Assembly: GCA_031551135.1 (NCBI GenBank)
Contig: JAVBOA010000008.1
Coordinates: forward strand, 10,563 to 74,562
Length of the DNA stretch: 64,000 nt
Reading direction: 5' to 3'
Source: Eubacteriales bacterium
GTDB lineage: Bacteria; Bacillota; Clostridia; Lachnospirales; JAITVM01
In this document: in pieces, positions 27,454-36,611 of the stretch
How positions within the stretch are numbered: the first letter of the stretch is position 1
Layout of the letters: each line of letters starts with the position of its first letter
Position numbers and translations under genes: made by a program
The notes under the pieces: generated by a model
The model's input: only the letters and a program-made list of their open reading frames with translations
Told to the model about the DNA's origin: nothing
Database searches by the model: none

Positions 27454-28974
27454 TTATTTTTTAATCAAAATTTCCGGTGCTTCAAAATTAACTACTTTTT
27501 CAGCTCTCATAGCTTCAGCCATAGCGTCACGAATCGGAAGAGTATCGGCTAAATGTTTAGCAGATAAGAAAGAAGTAAATCCGTCGCCGCCTGTTGCCAT
27601 AAAGTCATTAGTTACAACATTATAAACTTTGTCGTCTGCCAAAGCAGTGCCGTCGTCCAATTTAACCGAAATCAAGTTCACAGCTTTATCATTCATAGAA
27701 TATTCCACTGTTAATCCGGAAAATTGTACCGAGCCGATTTCTGCATTTTCAATACCATGAGTCAAAACTTGTTTAATTTGAGCTCCTGTCATTTCAAAAG
27801 TAGAAAGAACATTATCAAAAGGCATTACTTCATATAAATCGCCCATTGTAATATTTCCGGCTTCCAGACCGCGCCTCAAGCCGCCGCCGTTTGTAAATGC
27901 GATATCAGCATCTGCTGATTGTCTCATAATTTCTGCTGTCCAAATTCCCAAAGGAGATAATTTATATCTGTCATGTGCAAGACCTGCATCTGTTTTAGCA
28001 ACGATATCATTTAATATAGGAGCTACTTTTCTTTGGTAAACGCCCATATTAACGCTCATTGATAAATTGTCAGGAATTTCAGCTTTTCTTAAATATAATT
28101 CATCCAAAGAAGGTGTTACTTTAACAACTTTTTTGTTTGCGTCTACTTCAAAAGAAAGTTTCGCAAGAGTACGTCCGTTGTAATACGCTTGAACAACCGG
28201 AACATTGTTATAAAAACCACAAACTGTATTATGCGAATGCGCCGTAATTATAGCGTCGACACCTTTTATAGAAGCCAAGCCTTCTGCGCCTGATTCAAAA
28301 GTTATTGCTTTGGTGTCCGAATTCTGGCTTGTACCGATATGTGATAAAATCACAACAATATCACAGCCGGCAGCTTTCATTTGCGGAACCATTATTTTTG
28401 CAGTTTCAACCGGATCTCTAAATTCAATACCTTCAACGTTTTCCGGTTTTGTTTTGTAAGCTGTTTCAGGTGTTGTCAATCCCAAAAATCCTACTTTTAT
28501 CCCATCAATTTCTTGAATAATATATGGTTTTACATAATCTGCAGGTTTATCTGTTGCTTTGTCGTAAATATTAGCAGCAACAAAAGGAGCTCCCATTGTG
28601 TTTTCCCAAGTAGCAAATTTGTCTACGCCCCAGTCATATTCGTGGTTACCGACAGCAGATGCTGCTATACCGATATTGTTAAGCATAAGAGCAACCGGTT
28701 CACCATACAAGAGATTTGAAGCCGCAGAACCGTTAAAATTATCGCCCGCGGAAACAACTACTGTATTAGGATTTTTTCTGGTGTGCTGCCTAATAGCCTC
28801 AACAAATTTCGCCGCACCCATATTTTTGTCCTTTTCACCGGTAGATAACAGAGCACCATGAAAATCATTAAAGCTGATAACATCGATTGTCTTTGTAGCT
28901 GTTGCACCAAAAACCTGAGTGGCGAGCAATAAAGACAGTACTAAAGCAAAAATAATACTTAAACGTTTTTTCAT
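27454..28974 (-). CDS. Secreted bifunctional metallophosphatase / 5'-nucleotidase (UshA-like)
   Basis: 506 aa with a signal peptide. Motifs NDFHG, GDNFNG, GNHEYDWG and the C-terminal 5'-nucleotidase domain are present. Confidence 0.9.
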   Translation of the reverse strand: MKKRLSIIFALVLSLLLATQVFGATATKTIDVISFNDFHGALLSTGEKDKNMGAAKFVEAIRQHTRKNPNTVVVSAGDNFNGSAASNLLYGEPVALMLNNIGIAASAVGNHEYDWGVDKFATWENTMGAPFVAANIYDKATDKPADYVKPYIIQEIDGIKVGFLGLTTPETAYKTKPENVEGIEFRDPVETAKIMVPQMKAAGCDIVVILSHIGTSQNSDTKAITFESGAEGLASIKGVDAIITAHSHNTVCGFYNNVPVVQAYYNGRTLAKLSFEVDANKKVVKVTPSLDELYLRKAEIPDNLSMSVNMGVYQRKVAPILNDIVAKTDAGLAHDRYKLSPLGIWTAEIMRQSADADIAFTNGGGLRRGLEAGNITMGDLYEVMPFDNVLSTFEMTGAQIKQVLTHGIENAEIGSVQFSGLTVEYSMNDKAVNLISVKLDDGTALADDKVYNVVTNDFMATGGDGFTSFLSAKHLADTLPIRDAMAEAMRAEKVVNFEAPEILIKK

Positions 28975-29280
28975 AAAATACCTCCTTGAATTATTATGAC
29001 CTACAGTTGTGATTCATAACAGTGTTCAAAAACCTAATTTTCCGGAAAACTTAAAAGGCCATGTTTTCAAACACCGGCTATTTACAAAAAAAAGTAAACA
29101 GCCCTCTAAAAACACCTCTTAAATTAACTCAATAGCAGCAAAAAAATGAAGTGTTTTTAGTTTATGGCAAATAAGCATTATAAAATGCAAATTTACAATT
29201 TTATGTTAAGAAGATATCTTTATTATAATTTATGATATAGAAAATTGCAACGTTTCATTGTTTATAAATATTGGTATCAT

Positions 29281-29433
29281 TTATTCGCTTTTCTGATTCG
29301 GAACTTTATAAATTTCCTGCATCGATTCAATTTCGGATTCGTCCTTAATATTGCTGATAAGCCCTGTACATTCTGTACTCGAAACAACATTGGAAGTATC
29401 GATATCATCGGGATTTGGAAAATTATTTTTCAT
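29281..29433 (-). CDS. Possible small ORF (50 aa) downstream of the pseudouridine synthase gene
   Basis: My own translation: MKNNFPNPDDIDTSNVVSSTECTGLISNIKDESEIESMQEIYKVPNQKSE. An AAAGGGTGA RBS-like sequence lies upstream. It is not in the supplied track because it is under 60 aa. Confidence 0.3.
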   Translation of the reverse strand: MKNNFPNPDDIDTSNVVSSTECTGLISNIKDESEIESMQEIYKVPNQKSE

Positions 29434-29489
29434 AAAATCACCCTTTCTGCGTTTATTTTCTATATTTTATCCAAATACAAGATTAGTAT

Positions 29490-30218
29490 TCAAATGTATA
29501 GATTTATGATTTCCATTTCCGAATCATTCAATTCACGATATTCGCCCGGCTTCAGTTTTTCATCCAATTTGATTCCGCAAAACTCCACCCGCTTTAGATA
29601 TTTAACCTCTTTTGAAAGTGCGATAAACATTTTTTTGACTTGATGAAACTTTCCTTCTGAGATTTCAAGCAGAATTTCGGATTTTGAATTTATTTTATCC
29701 AAAGATAGTATTTCTAAATTCGTAGGCTTGCATTTATAATCCCCATCAATTATTACGCCGTTTTTAAATGCCGCTATATCGTCATTGTCTACAATTCCGT
29801 TTACTTCGGCGAAATATTTTTTCGAGACATGTTTTTTCGGCGAAAGCGTATTGTGTGCAAAAATCCCGTTATTCGTCAGGATTACCAAACCTTCGGTATC
29901 CTTGTCCAATCTTCCGACAGGAAAAAGCTTTAGCTTTTGATGACGTAATTCCAATAAATCAATCACGGTTTTATCATTATAAACCTCATCCTTTGTTGCG
30001 GAAATCACTCCGCCGGGCTTGTTCAGCATAAAATAATAGAACTTTTTATATTCGACTAAATCGCCGTTTAACAAAACTATATCCGAATTTTCATTTACAT
30101 CTGCATTTGATTCCAATACCAGTTTTCCATTAACACTAACGCATCCTTTTTGAATAAAATCTTTAGCTTCCTTGCGGCTGCCGTAGCCGCAGTTTGAAAT
30201 ATATTTATCTAAACGCAT
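29490..30218 (-). CDS. RsuA/RluB-family pseudouridine synthase with an S4 domain
   Basis: MRLDKYISNCGYGSRKEAKDFIQKGCVSVNGK is the S4 domain. GRLDKDTEGLVILTNNG is the catalytic Asp motif. Confidence 0.9.
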   Translation of the reverse strand: MRLDKYISNCGYGSRKEAKDFIQKGCVSVNGKLVLESNADVNENSDIVLLNGDLVEYKKFYYFMLNKPGGVISATKDEVYNDKTVIDLLELRHQKLKLFPVGRLDKDTEGLVILTNNGIFAHNTLSPKKHVSKKYFAEVNGIVDNDDIAAFKNGVIIDGDYKCKPTNLEILSLDKINSKSEILLEISEGKFHQVKKMFIALSKEVKYLKRVEFCGIKLDEKLKPGEYRELNDSEMEIINLYI

Positions 30219-30382
30219 ATAAACGCTCTTTCTCCTTAAAATATTTTATGTTATAGTATTTGACATATGATTTTGATAAATGCCTTGTACGACTTTCAAT
30301 TAAATCAGCATATATTGTATTAAGCGGAATTTCTTATTCAAAAAAATAAACCGCCTAAAAATTTCTATAATCGGAGGAAAAA

Positions 30383-31411
30383 ATGAATTTCGACAAAAAA
30401 TATATAATTAATTTATTAAAAGATATTCTAAAAACCGACAGCCCGACCGGATTCACAGAAGAAGCAATGAAAAAAATCTCGGCATATGCTGCCGAACTTG
30501 GCTTTGAATTACGGCGCACAAAAAAAGGCGGCGGTATCATTGAAATAAACGTAAATGCCGAAAAAACAATCGGCTTGTCTGTGCATATCGATACACTCGG
30601 ATTGATGGTTCGTTCTGTAAACGAAAACGGCTCTTTAAAATTAACAAATATCGGAATGCCCATAACGCCGACGCTGGACGGCGAATACTGCAAAATTTAT
30701 ACGCGCACGGGAGATTCATATACCGGAACAATATTATCGACTTCTCCGTCGATACATGTTTATCCCGACGCTATCAGCAAGTCTCGAGAACTTGACGAAT
30801 TAGCCGTTGTTATAGACGAAATCGTAAAATCAAAAAAAGACGTTGCAAAACTCGGAATTAATTCGGGAGATTTTATTTGTATCGATACAAAAACCTGTAT
30901 TACAGAATCGGATTTTATAAAATCCAGATTTTTGGATGATAAAGCTTCGGTTGCTATAATATTCGGAGTTCTTAAAAATATAAAGGATAATTCAATTAAT
31001 CTCAAAAACAATCTGAAAATATTTTTCTCGGTTTATGAAGAAGTCGGTCACGGACTTTCCTATTTAGAAGAAGTCGACGAATTGCTGGCGGTTGATATGG
31101 GCTGTATCGGCATGGATTTAAACTGCACAGAGCAAGATGTCAGCATTTGCGCCAAGGATTCAAGCGGACCGTATAATTATTTTTTGACCAACAAATTAAT
31201 CGAAATCGCAAAAAAAGAAAAACTGAAATACGCTGTCGATATCTATCCGAAATATGGTTCGGACGTTTCCGCGGCAAATACCGGTGGCAACGATTTCCGC
31301 GGAGCATTGATTGGTCCGGGTGTTTCGGCGTCCCACGGAATGGAAAGAACTCATTACAACGCTTTGCTTAATACAATGAAATTAATTTTAAATTATCTGC
31401 TATCCGAATAA
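30383..31411 (+). CDS. M42-family (FrvX/YsdC-like) metallopeptidase
   Basis: 342 aa. The N-terminus LLKDILKTDSPTGFTEEAMKKISAYAAELGFEL and the overall size fit the M42 glutamyl aminopeptidase family. Confidence 0.6.
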   Translation: MNFDKKYIINLLKDILKTDSPTGFTEEAMKKISAYAAELGFELRRTKKGGGIIEINVNAEKTIGLSVHIDTLGLMVRSVNENGSLKLTNIGMPITPTLDGEYCKIYTRTGDSYTGTILSTSPSIHVYPDAISKSRELDELAVVIDEIVKSKKDVAKLGINSGDFICIDTKTCITESDFIKSRFLDDKASVAIIFGVLKNIKDNSINLKNNLKIFFSVYEEVGHGLSYLEEVDELLAVDMGCIGMDLNCTEQDVSICAKDSSGPYNYFLTNKLIEIAKKEKLKYAVDIYPKYGSDVSAANTGGNDFRGALIGPGVSASHGMERTHYNALLNTMKLILNYLLSE

Positions 31412-31412
31412 T

Positions 31413-31530
31413 TAACACTATTTTCATTTTGATAAGAAGAAAAAAATTTTTCACAGCGGAGCGTTTCGCGCAATGTTTCTAGCGCGAAATGAAATATTTT
31501 TTTCTATACCTTTATATTGAAAATAGTATA
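31413..31530 (-). repeat. Palindromic intergenic repeat, full-length copy 6 (reverse orientation)
   Basis: 118 nt. TAACACTATTTTCATTTTGATAAGAAGAAAAAAATTTTTCACAGCGGAGCGTTTCGCGCAATGTTTCTAGCGCGAAATGAAATATTTTTTTCTATACCTTTATATTGAAAATAGTATA. Confidence 0.93.
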
Positions 31531-31667
31531 ATCTTGTTTTAAAATCGGCGAATATATTTTTCCTTAAGCATTTTTACGAAATGAAGCTCGGCAAAAAATG
31601 AAATTGGATATAAACATAAATCTTTGGATTTCGTATATTTGTCTATAATCAAAAAGGAGGTAAAAAT

Positions 31668-32033
31668 ATGAGCCTGATTGGAAACATCATTTGGATAATT
31701 TTCGGCGGATTCATAGTTTCACTGCTGTGGCTGCTGTTCGGCGTGCTTTGGTGCTTAAGTATTGTCGGTATACCTATCGGTCTGCAATGTTTTAAATTCG
31801 CAACGCTGACTCTGGCACCGTTTGGAAAAGACATTAGATATGGAACTAAAACCACATCTTTGATATTAAATATACTTTGGATATTTTTCGGAGCAATCGA
31901 AATTTCTGTTACTTGCCTAATTTTAGGGGTGATTTTCTGTATAACAATAATCGGTATTCCGTTTGGCATACAGTATTTTAAGCTCGCAAAATTAGCTTTT
32001 ATGCCTTTTGGTGCAGAAATAATTTATAATTAA
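31668..32033 (+). CDS. yccF: YccF-domain inner membrane protein (DUF307)
   Basis: NIIWIIFGG...GIPIGLQCFKFATLTLAPFGKDI repeats as NILWIFFGA...GIPFGIQYFKLAKLAFMPFGAEI. Confidence 0.88.
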   Translation: MSLIGNIIWIIFGGFIVSLLWLLFGVLWCLSIVGIPIGLQCFKFATLTLAPFGKDIRYGTKTTSLILNILWIFFGAIEISVTCLILGVIFCITIIGIPFGIQYFKLAKLAFMPFGAEIIYN

Positions 32034-32080
32034 ATATTTTTTATTTCTTTGCGGATTATCCAATAGGAATTAAATTCTTT

Positions 32081-32118
32081 AAAAATCATTTGCGTAGGCG
32101 CTTACGCAAATGATTTTT
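32081..32118. terminator. Bidirectional intrinsic terminator between yccF and thiI
   Basis: AAAAATCATTTGCGTA-GGCGC-TTACGCAAATGATTTTTT. Confidence 0.85.
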
Positions 32119-32120
32119 TA

Positions 32121-33278
32121 TTATTCTTTAATTTCTAAATATTCCGCTTCGTCTACTGCTTTTTGTATTAATTCATCCAATTCAGTCAGCTCAGTATTTA
32201 TTTTTTGAATCGTCTCGATTTTTGGCGTAAGGTCGGGATGCTTTGGAACGAAAACCGTACAGCAATCGTTAAACGGTCTGATTGAAATTTCATATGTCTC
32301 AATTTCTTTTGCCAAATTTATAATATCGTTTTTACCATAAGCACAAAGCGGTCTTAAAATCGGTATATTAACCGCCGAATCAATAGCAGTGATAGCCTTC
32401 AAGGTTTGGCTTGCCACCTGCCCGACACTGTCGCCGACAATCAAAGCAGAAGCGTTTTTTCTGTCTGCAATAATTTCAGAAGCCCTCAACATAGAGCGTT
32501 TCAGAAAAATAGTCAATTTATCATCCGGAACTTTTGCTTTTAAATACAGCATCAATTCTGTAAAATTAACAATATTAAGCGAAATTTCGCCCGTGAATTC
32601 GCTTAATTTTTCACATAAATCTTTTACTTTATTAACGGAATTCCGTGAGGTGTACGGCGGCGAATTAAAATAAACCGCTTCACATTCGACTCCCCGTAAA
32701 CTCATTAAATATCCGGCTACAGGGCTGTCAATTCCGCCCGAGAGCAATAAAACGGCTTTTCCTGACGACGCATAAGGAAGCCCCGAAACGCCCTTTATTT
32801 CTTTCGAATATATGTAAGCGCAAGTCCGCAGTTCTACTTTTAAAACAACATCCGGATTTTTTACATTAACGGAGAAACTTTCGCTGTTATTCAAAATATA
32901 ACCGCCTATATCCGCCGAAATCTGCACGGAATCCAGCGGGTATTTTTTATTGCTGCGCCTTGTGTCTACTTTATAAGAAACTCCGGAATAATTTCGCAAC
33001 ATATGTTCGATCGAAATTTCTCTCAGATTTTCGATAGATAAATCATCTGTTTTCGTCGCTATACAAATCGATGTGATTCCTGAAATATTTTTCAGTTTAT
33101 TTACAGCATAATCAAGGTCATCGGCTTCTATTACGAATCTTGTCTGTTCTCTGATTAATCTATGGCCTTTTCCCAATCGCCGCAAAATTATATTCGCCAA
33201 TTGGTCTAAAAATTTATATCTGTTTTTGCCCCTTATAAAAATTTCGCCGTATTTTATTAATAAGACATTTTTTACCAT
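32121..33278 (-). CDS. thiI: tRNA 4-thiouridine(8) synthase ThiI
   Basis: THUMP-type N-terminus and the PP-loop LLLSGGIDSPVAGYLM. The ATG at 33278 (MVKNVLLIKYGEIFIRGKNR) has a GAAGGGA RBS. The track start at 33332 is a TTG with no RBS. Confidence 0.9.
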   Translation of the reverse strand: MVKNVLLIKYGEIFIRGKNRYKFLDQLANIILRRLGKGHRLIREQTRFVIEADDLDYAVNKLKNISGITSICIATKTDDLSIENLREISIEHMLRNYSGVSYKVDTRRSNKKYPLDSVQISADIGGYILNNSESFSVNVKNPDVVLKVELRTCAYIYSKEIKGVSGLPYASSGKAVLLLSGGIDSPVAGYLMSLRGVECEAVYFNSPPYTSRNSVNKVKDLCEKLSEFTGEISLNIVNFTELMLYLKAKVPDDKLTIFLKRSMLRASEIIADRKNASALIVGDSVGQVASQTLKAITAIDSAVNIPILRPLCAYGKNDIINLAKEIETYEISIRPFNDCCTVFVPKHPDLTPKIETIQKINTELTELDELIQKAVDEAEYLEIKE

Positions 33279-33415
33279 ATTATTCTGCTTCCCTTCTAGC
33301 TTTAAATCAATCAGTTTGATTTGATTGTCCAAAACAATATCATTGATATTACACTAATTTCAGCAAATAATCAAGATTTCCGGAGATTACTATTCTTTAG
33401 AGTGACGAATGAAAT

Positions 33416-33443
33416 AAAAAAACCTTCTTGTTTTCAAGAAGGT
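33416..33443 (-). terminator. Intrinsic terminator of the PspC-domain gene
   Basis: On the minus strand: ACCTTCTTG-AAAA-CAAGAAGGT followed by TTTTTTT. Confidence 0.85.
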
Positions 33444-33452
33444 AATCTAAAA

Positions 33453-33686
33453 CTAATTTGCTCTATCGTCTTTGTTGTCGTCTCTCATATCAATAACTCC
33501 GTCTTCTCTAGGCATGATTAACGAGCAAGCTATATAGACAATAACTCCCGGGAAAAAGCTCGTAAATAATGACAAGAGTACAAAAATTATTCTCACCATT
33601 GTAACATCGGCATCCAAATATTTTGCTATACCGGCGCAAACACCATCTAATTTAATATCTGTTCTGGATTTGCAAAGTCTTTTCAT
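33453..33686 (-). CDS. PspC domain-containing membrane protein
   Basis: MKRLCKSRTDIKLDGVCAGIAKYLDADVTMVRIIFVLL is the PspC motif. GGAGGA precedes the ATG at 33686. Confidence 0.85.
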   Translation of the reverse strand: MKRLCKSRTDIKLDGVCAGIAKYLDADVTMVRIIFVLLSLFTSFFPGVIVYIACSLIMPREDGVIDMRDDNKDDRAN

Positions 33687-33838
33687 TTCTATTCCTCCAA
33701 ACAATTATGCAACTAATAATTATAACCAAAATTAAATCAAGCTTTTGTATAAATAGTTTGCATTTTCTATACTAATATATACGCTAAATAATTCAAAAGT
33801 TTATTGTTTTTTATTTTTCGGAATATTAATTATACTAT

Positions 33839-34255
33839 TTACTTTTGTGCTACAAAATTCCACATTACACCGAATTTATCAAAAACAACGCCTGCACAAG
33901 GGCTGTAAAAGGTTTCAGCTAAAGGCATTGCAATCCGGCCTTCTTCAGCCAAAACAGAAAATGCAAATTTAACTTCTTCGATACCGGTTTCCACGGCAAT
34001 CGAAATTCTTTCCGATTCAGGGTCGTTCAGCGACTGTCCCGGGCCGCAATCCGAAAGCCGAATAAAATCGTCGCCGAATTTCATAGTCGCCTGTACGACT
34101 TTATCTTTATAATCATCCGGAATCGGGAAATTCGGATTAGCAGGAAGTCCTGAAAATCTCAAAATCTGCATAGTTTCGGTTTTAAACGCACGCTTGTAAA
34201 GCTCAATAGCTTCCGAACAATTTCCTTTAAACGTTAAGTACGGTCTTAATTTCAT
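33839..34255 (-). CDS. VOC-superfamily protein, PhnB-like (3-demethylubiquinone methyltransferase-like fold)
   Basis: MKLRPYLTFKGNCSEAIELYKRAF...VVFDKFGVMWNF is typical of PhnB/VOC. AAGAGGAAAA RBS is present. Confidence 0.75.
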   Translation of the reverse strand: MKLRPYLTFKGNCSEAIELYKRAFKTETMQILRFSGLPANPNFPIPDDYKDKVVQATMKFGDDFIRLSDCGPGQSLNDPESERISIAVETGIEEVKFAFSVLAEEGRIAMPLAETFYSPCAGVVFDKFGVMWNFVAQK

Positions 34256-34275
34256 ATGTTTTCCTCTTTTCGTAT

Positions 34276-34704
34276 TCAACTGTATTTTTGACTCTTTTGT
34301 TCGCAGTACATGCAGCGGTAAGTTTGCTTTTCTTCATTAACAAGCTTAAAAACATGGACAATCTCTTGCTCGATAGAAGTTATACATCTTGGGTTTTTGC
34401 ATTTTATTACATTGCTTAACGATTCGGGCAAAGTCAGTTTTTTCTTATCGATTATCTGACCGTTATCAATAATATTTACGGTAACATTCGGGGTTATATA
34501 TCCCAAAGCCTCGAAATTTATATCAATAACATTTTCAATCTTAATCATATCTTTTTTGCCCATTTTTTTGGATTTTACATTTTTTATAATGGCAATACTG
34601 CAATCCAGTTCTTCCATATTCAAGAGATTATAAATTTCCATTGATTTTTTTGCTTTAATATGGTCAATAACTATACCTTTTTCTATACTATCAATACTAA
34701 GCAT
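34276..34704 (-). CDS. pyrI: Aspartate carbamoyltransferase regulatory subunit
   Basis: GIVIDHI at the N-terminus and the zinc domain CKNPRCIT...YRCMYCE. Confidence 0.93.
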   Translation of the reverse strand: MLSIDSIEKGIVIDHIKAKKSMEIYNLLNMEELDCSIAIIKNVKSKKMGKKDMIKIENVIDINFEALGYITPNVTVNIIDNGQIIDKKKLTLPESLSNVIKCKNPRCITSIEQEIVHVFKLVNEEKQTYRCMYCEQKSQKYS

Positions 34705-35620
34705 TTATTTCAACCCCTAACATTTTTAATATTAACGCCATTCTGATGAATTTTCCGTATCTTACCTGATCAAAATATTTCGCGCGCGGATCCGCGTCAA
34801 CTTCTTTGGAAATCTCGTTCACTCGCGGCAGCGGATGCATGATTACTAAATCTTCTTTAGAATTCGTAAGTTTATTTTTATCGAGGATATACAAATCCTT
34901 CAAGCGCACATAATCCTCCTCATTAAAAAATCTTTCCTTTTGCACTCGAGTCATATATAAAATATCGAGCATAGGCATAGATTCTTCTAGGTTTGTCGTT
35001 TGGACATATTCAATTTTATTAGGTTTTATATATTGATCGATTAGATAAGATGGAATTTTAAGTTCTTCCGGTGATATAAATATAAATTTGTTATTTGGAT
35101 ATGATGAAAGGGATTTTACTAAAGAATGAACCGTACGGCCGAACATTAAATCTCCGCATAAACCGATTGTTAAATTTTCCAATTTTCCTTTTGATGAAAC
35201 AATAGTTAAAATATCGGTAAGAGTCTGGGTTGGATGAGAATGACCGCCGTCTCCGGCATTGATAACAGGAATTTTAGAATATTGAGAAGCAACTAATGCA
35301 GAGCCTTCTTTTGGATGTCTGATAACAGCTATGTCCGCATATTCGGAAACAGTGCGTATTGTATCGGCAATACTTTCGCCCTTAACAGCCGAGCTGGAGT
35401 CCGCTGTCGAAAAACCAATAACAGAGCCGCCCAAGCTAAACATGGCCGATTCGAAACTTAGTCTTGTACGCGTACTTGCCTCATAAAACAAAGTAGCTAA
35501 AATTTTCCCCCTGCAAAGTGAAGAATATTTTTCGGGTTTTTTAATAATATCTTCCGCAATCTCCACAAGCTCGTTAATCTGTTGAAAATTCAACTCAGAT
35601 GAATCCAATAAGTGTTTCAT
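34697..35620 (-). CDS. pyrB: Aspartate carbamoyltransferase catalytic subunit (canonical active-site motifs)
   Basis: [21 protein letters not shown] and HPLPRV are all intact. The ATG at 35620 follows GGAGGA. The longer track ORF adds an implausible N-terminus. Confidence 0.93.
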   Translation of the reverse strand: MKHLLDSSELNFQQINELVEIAEDIIKKPEKYSSLCRGKILATLFYEASTRTRLSFESAMFSLGGSVIGFSTADSSSAVKGESIADTIRTVSEYADIAVIRHPKEGSALVASQYSKIPVINAGDGGHSHPTQTLTDILTIVSSKGKLENLTIGLCGDLMFGRTVHSLVKSLSSYPNNKFIFISPEELKIPSYLIDQYIKPNKIEYVQTTNLEESMPMLDILYMTRVQKERFFNEEDYVRLKDLYILDKNKLTNSKEDLVIMHPLPRVNEISKEVDADPRAKYFDQVRYGKFIRMALILKMLGVEINA

Positions 35621-35664
35621 AACATTCCTCCAATAATAATAGAACAAACATTCGGTTTTTGGAC

Positions 35665-35697
35665 AAAAAAAAATACGGACTTTGCGTTTTGGCAAAG
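35665..35697 (-). promoter_or_regulatory. Leader hairpin plus T9 tract upstream of pyrBI (possible UTP-sensitive attenuator or pause element)
   Basis: On the minus strand: CTTTGCCAAAACGCAAAG, then GTCCGTA, then TTTTTTTTT, 45 nt before the pyrB start. The T-run is separated from the stem by 7 nt. Confidence 0.3.
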
Positions 35698-35834
35698 ATA
35701 TTTTTTTTCTTGAAATATGATATCATAGATTTTCTAAAAATAAAATAGTTTTTTGTAATTTTAATATAAAAATTTTTACCGAAATTTATTATATTGAACA
35801 AATATCTATTTTATGCCACTTTCGGGATATCGAT

Positions 35835-35878
35835 TAAAAAAGCACACCCATTCCGCTAATACCGCAGAATAAATGTGC
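35835..35878 (-). terminator. Terminator of the SNF2-SWIM operon
   Basis: On the minus strand: GCACATTTATTCTGCG-GTATTA-GCGGAATGGGTGTGC, an imperfect stem, followed by TTTTTT. Confidence 0.55.
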
Positions 35879-35900
35879 ATCTTTCTTCGTTAAAAATATT

Positions 35901-36608
35901 TTAAAGCCCGAAAATATCATCTATATCTTCGTCTTCAATTACACGTTTTGATTTTTGTTCCGAATTTTTCATCATATTTTTAAGTTTTTCATCGACAGAT
36001 TTTTTGATTAAATATTCAAAATCAATGCCTCTTAATTTAAAAAACAGAAGCGGGTCCTCATCGAATTTTGCTCCGATTGCAAATAAAACCGCCGAAACAT
36101 GTTTGCACATGCTCGCCCAGTCCGGACAGGAACAAGAAAAATCAATTTCGCTGCTGCTCGGAAAAAGTCCGTTTTTCATAGTAAATAATTCCTGCAGCTC
36201 TATGGGAAATTTACCGGAAATTAATTCATCCAGATTGGATATTTTATTGCTGCAAGCCGAAACTACTCTGTTCCAATCCCGCTGACTCATTACTTCAATA
36301 TCTACTCTGACTTTATACGGAGTATTGCTACTTCCCATAACTAAAGCTTCCACAATTCCGGGATATATTTTCAAATCAATAACAAATCCGTTTTTTACAT
36401 AAGACCTTCCTCTGTCGATTCTGTTCGAATAATCGGCGTAATTTTCCAGATTTTTATTCCACGAAATTCCCCACCATTTTGTTGCAATTTTACTACCCTC
36501 GATAATTACAGGCGAAATATCGGGATTCTTTTTTCGTAGCTTTTCAATCTGTTTCTGTGCATTTAATTTTTTTTGACCGACCGGAATATATTCATAAAAA
36601 TCATACAT
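35901..36608 (-). CDS. SWIM zinc-finger protein (B. subtilis YwqB-like)
   Basis: 235 aa. The SWIM signature is CSCPDWASMCKHVSAVLFAIG. It starts 4 nt after the SNF2 gene stop. Confidence 0.8.
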   Translation of the reverse strand: MYDFYEYIPVGQKKLNAQKQIEKLRKKNPDISPVIIEGSKIATKWWGISWNKNLENYADYSNRIDRGRSYVKNGFVIDLKIYPGIVEALVMGSSNTPYKVRVDIEVMSQRDWNRVVSACSNKISNLDELISGKFPIELQELFTMKNGLFPSSSEIDFSCSCPDWASMCKHVSAVLFAIGAKFDEDPLLFFKLRGIDFEYLIKKSVDEKLKNMMKNSEQKSKRVIEDEDIDDIFGL

Positions 36609-36611
36609 ATT

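Noticed and set aside
28975-29280. Several hairpins in the 300-nt leader of the 5'-nucleotidase gene, considered as a possible riboswitch.
   Set aside because: I could not match any conserved riboswitch core (purine, c-di-GMP, c-di-AMP, PRPP/ppGpp, etc.) by eye. The hairpins are AT-rich and may simply terminate the upstream rsuA-like operon.
29245-29643. 132-aa plus-strand ORF.
   Set aside because: It overlaps the 3' end of the pseudouridine synthase gene and the small minus-strand ORF. It has no RBS and a Phe/Ile/Asn-rich composition typical of non-coding frames in AT-rich DNA.
33831-33840. Short seeds of the repeat terminus (TATACTATTT at 33831, TATACTATT at 23762).
   Set aside because: Matches of only 9-10 nt made of A/T-rich sequence are expected by chance in this genome. 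They are not counted as copies. The 23762 seed is mentioned only in the context of the adjacent hairpin.
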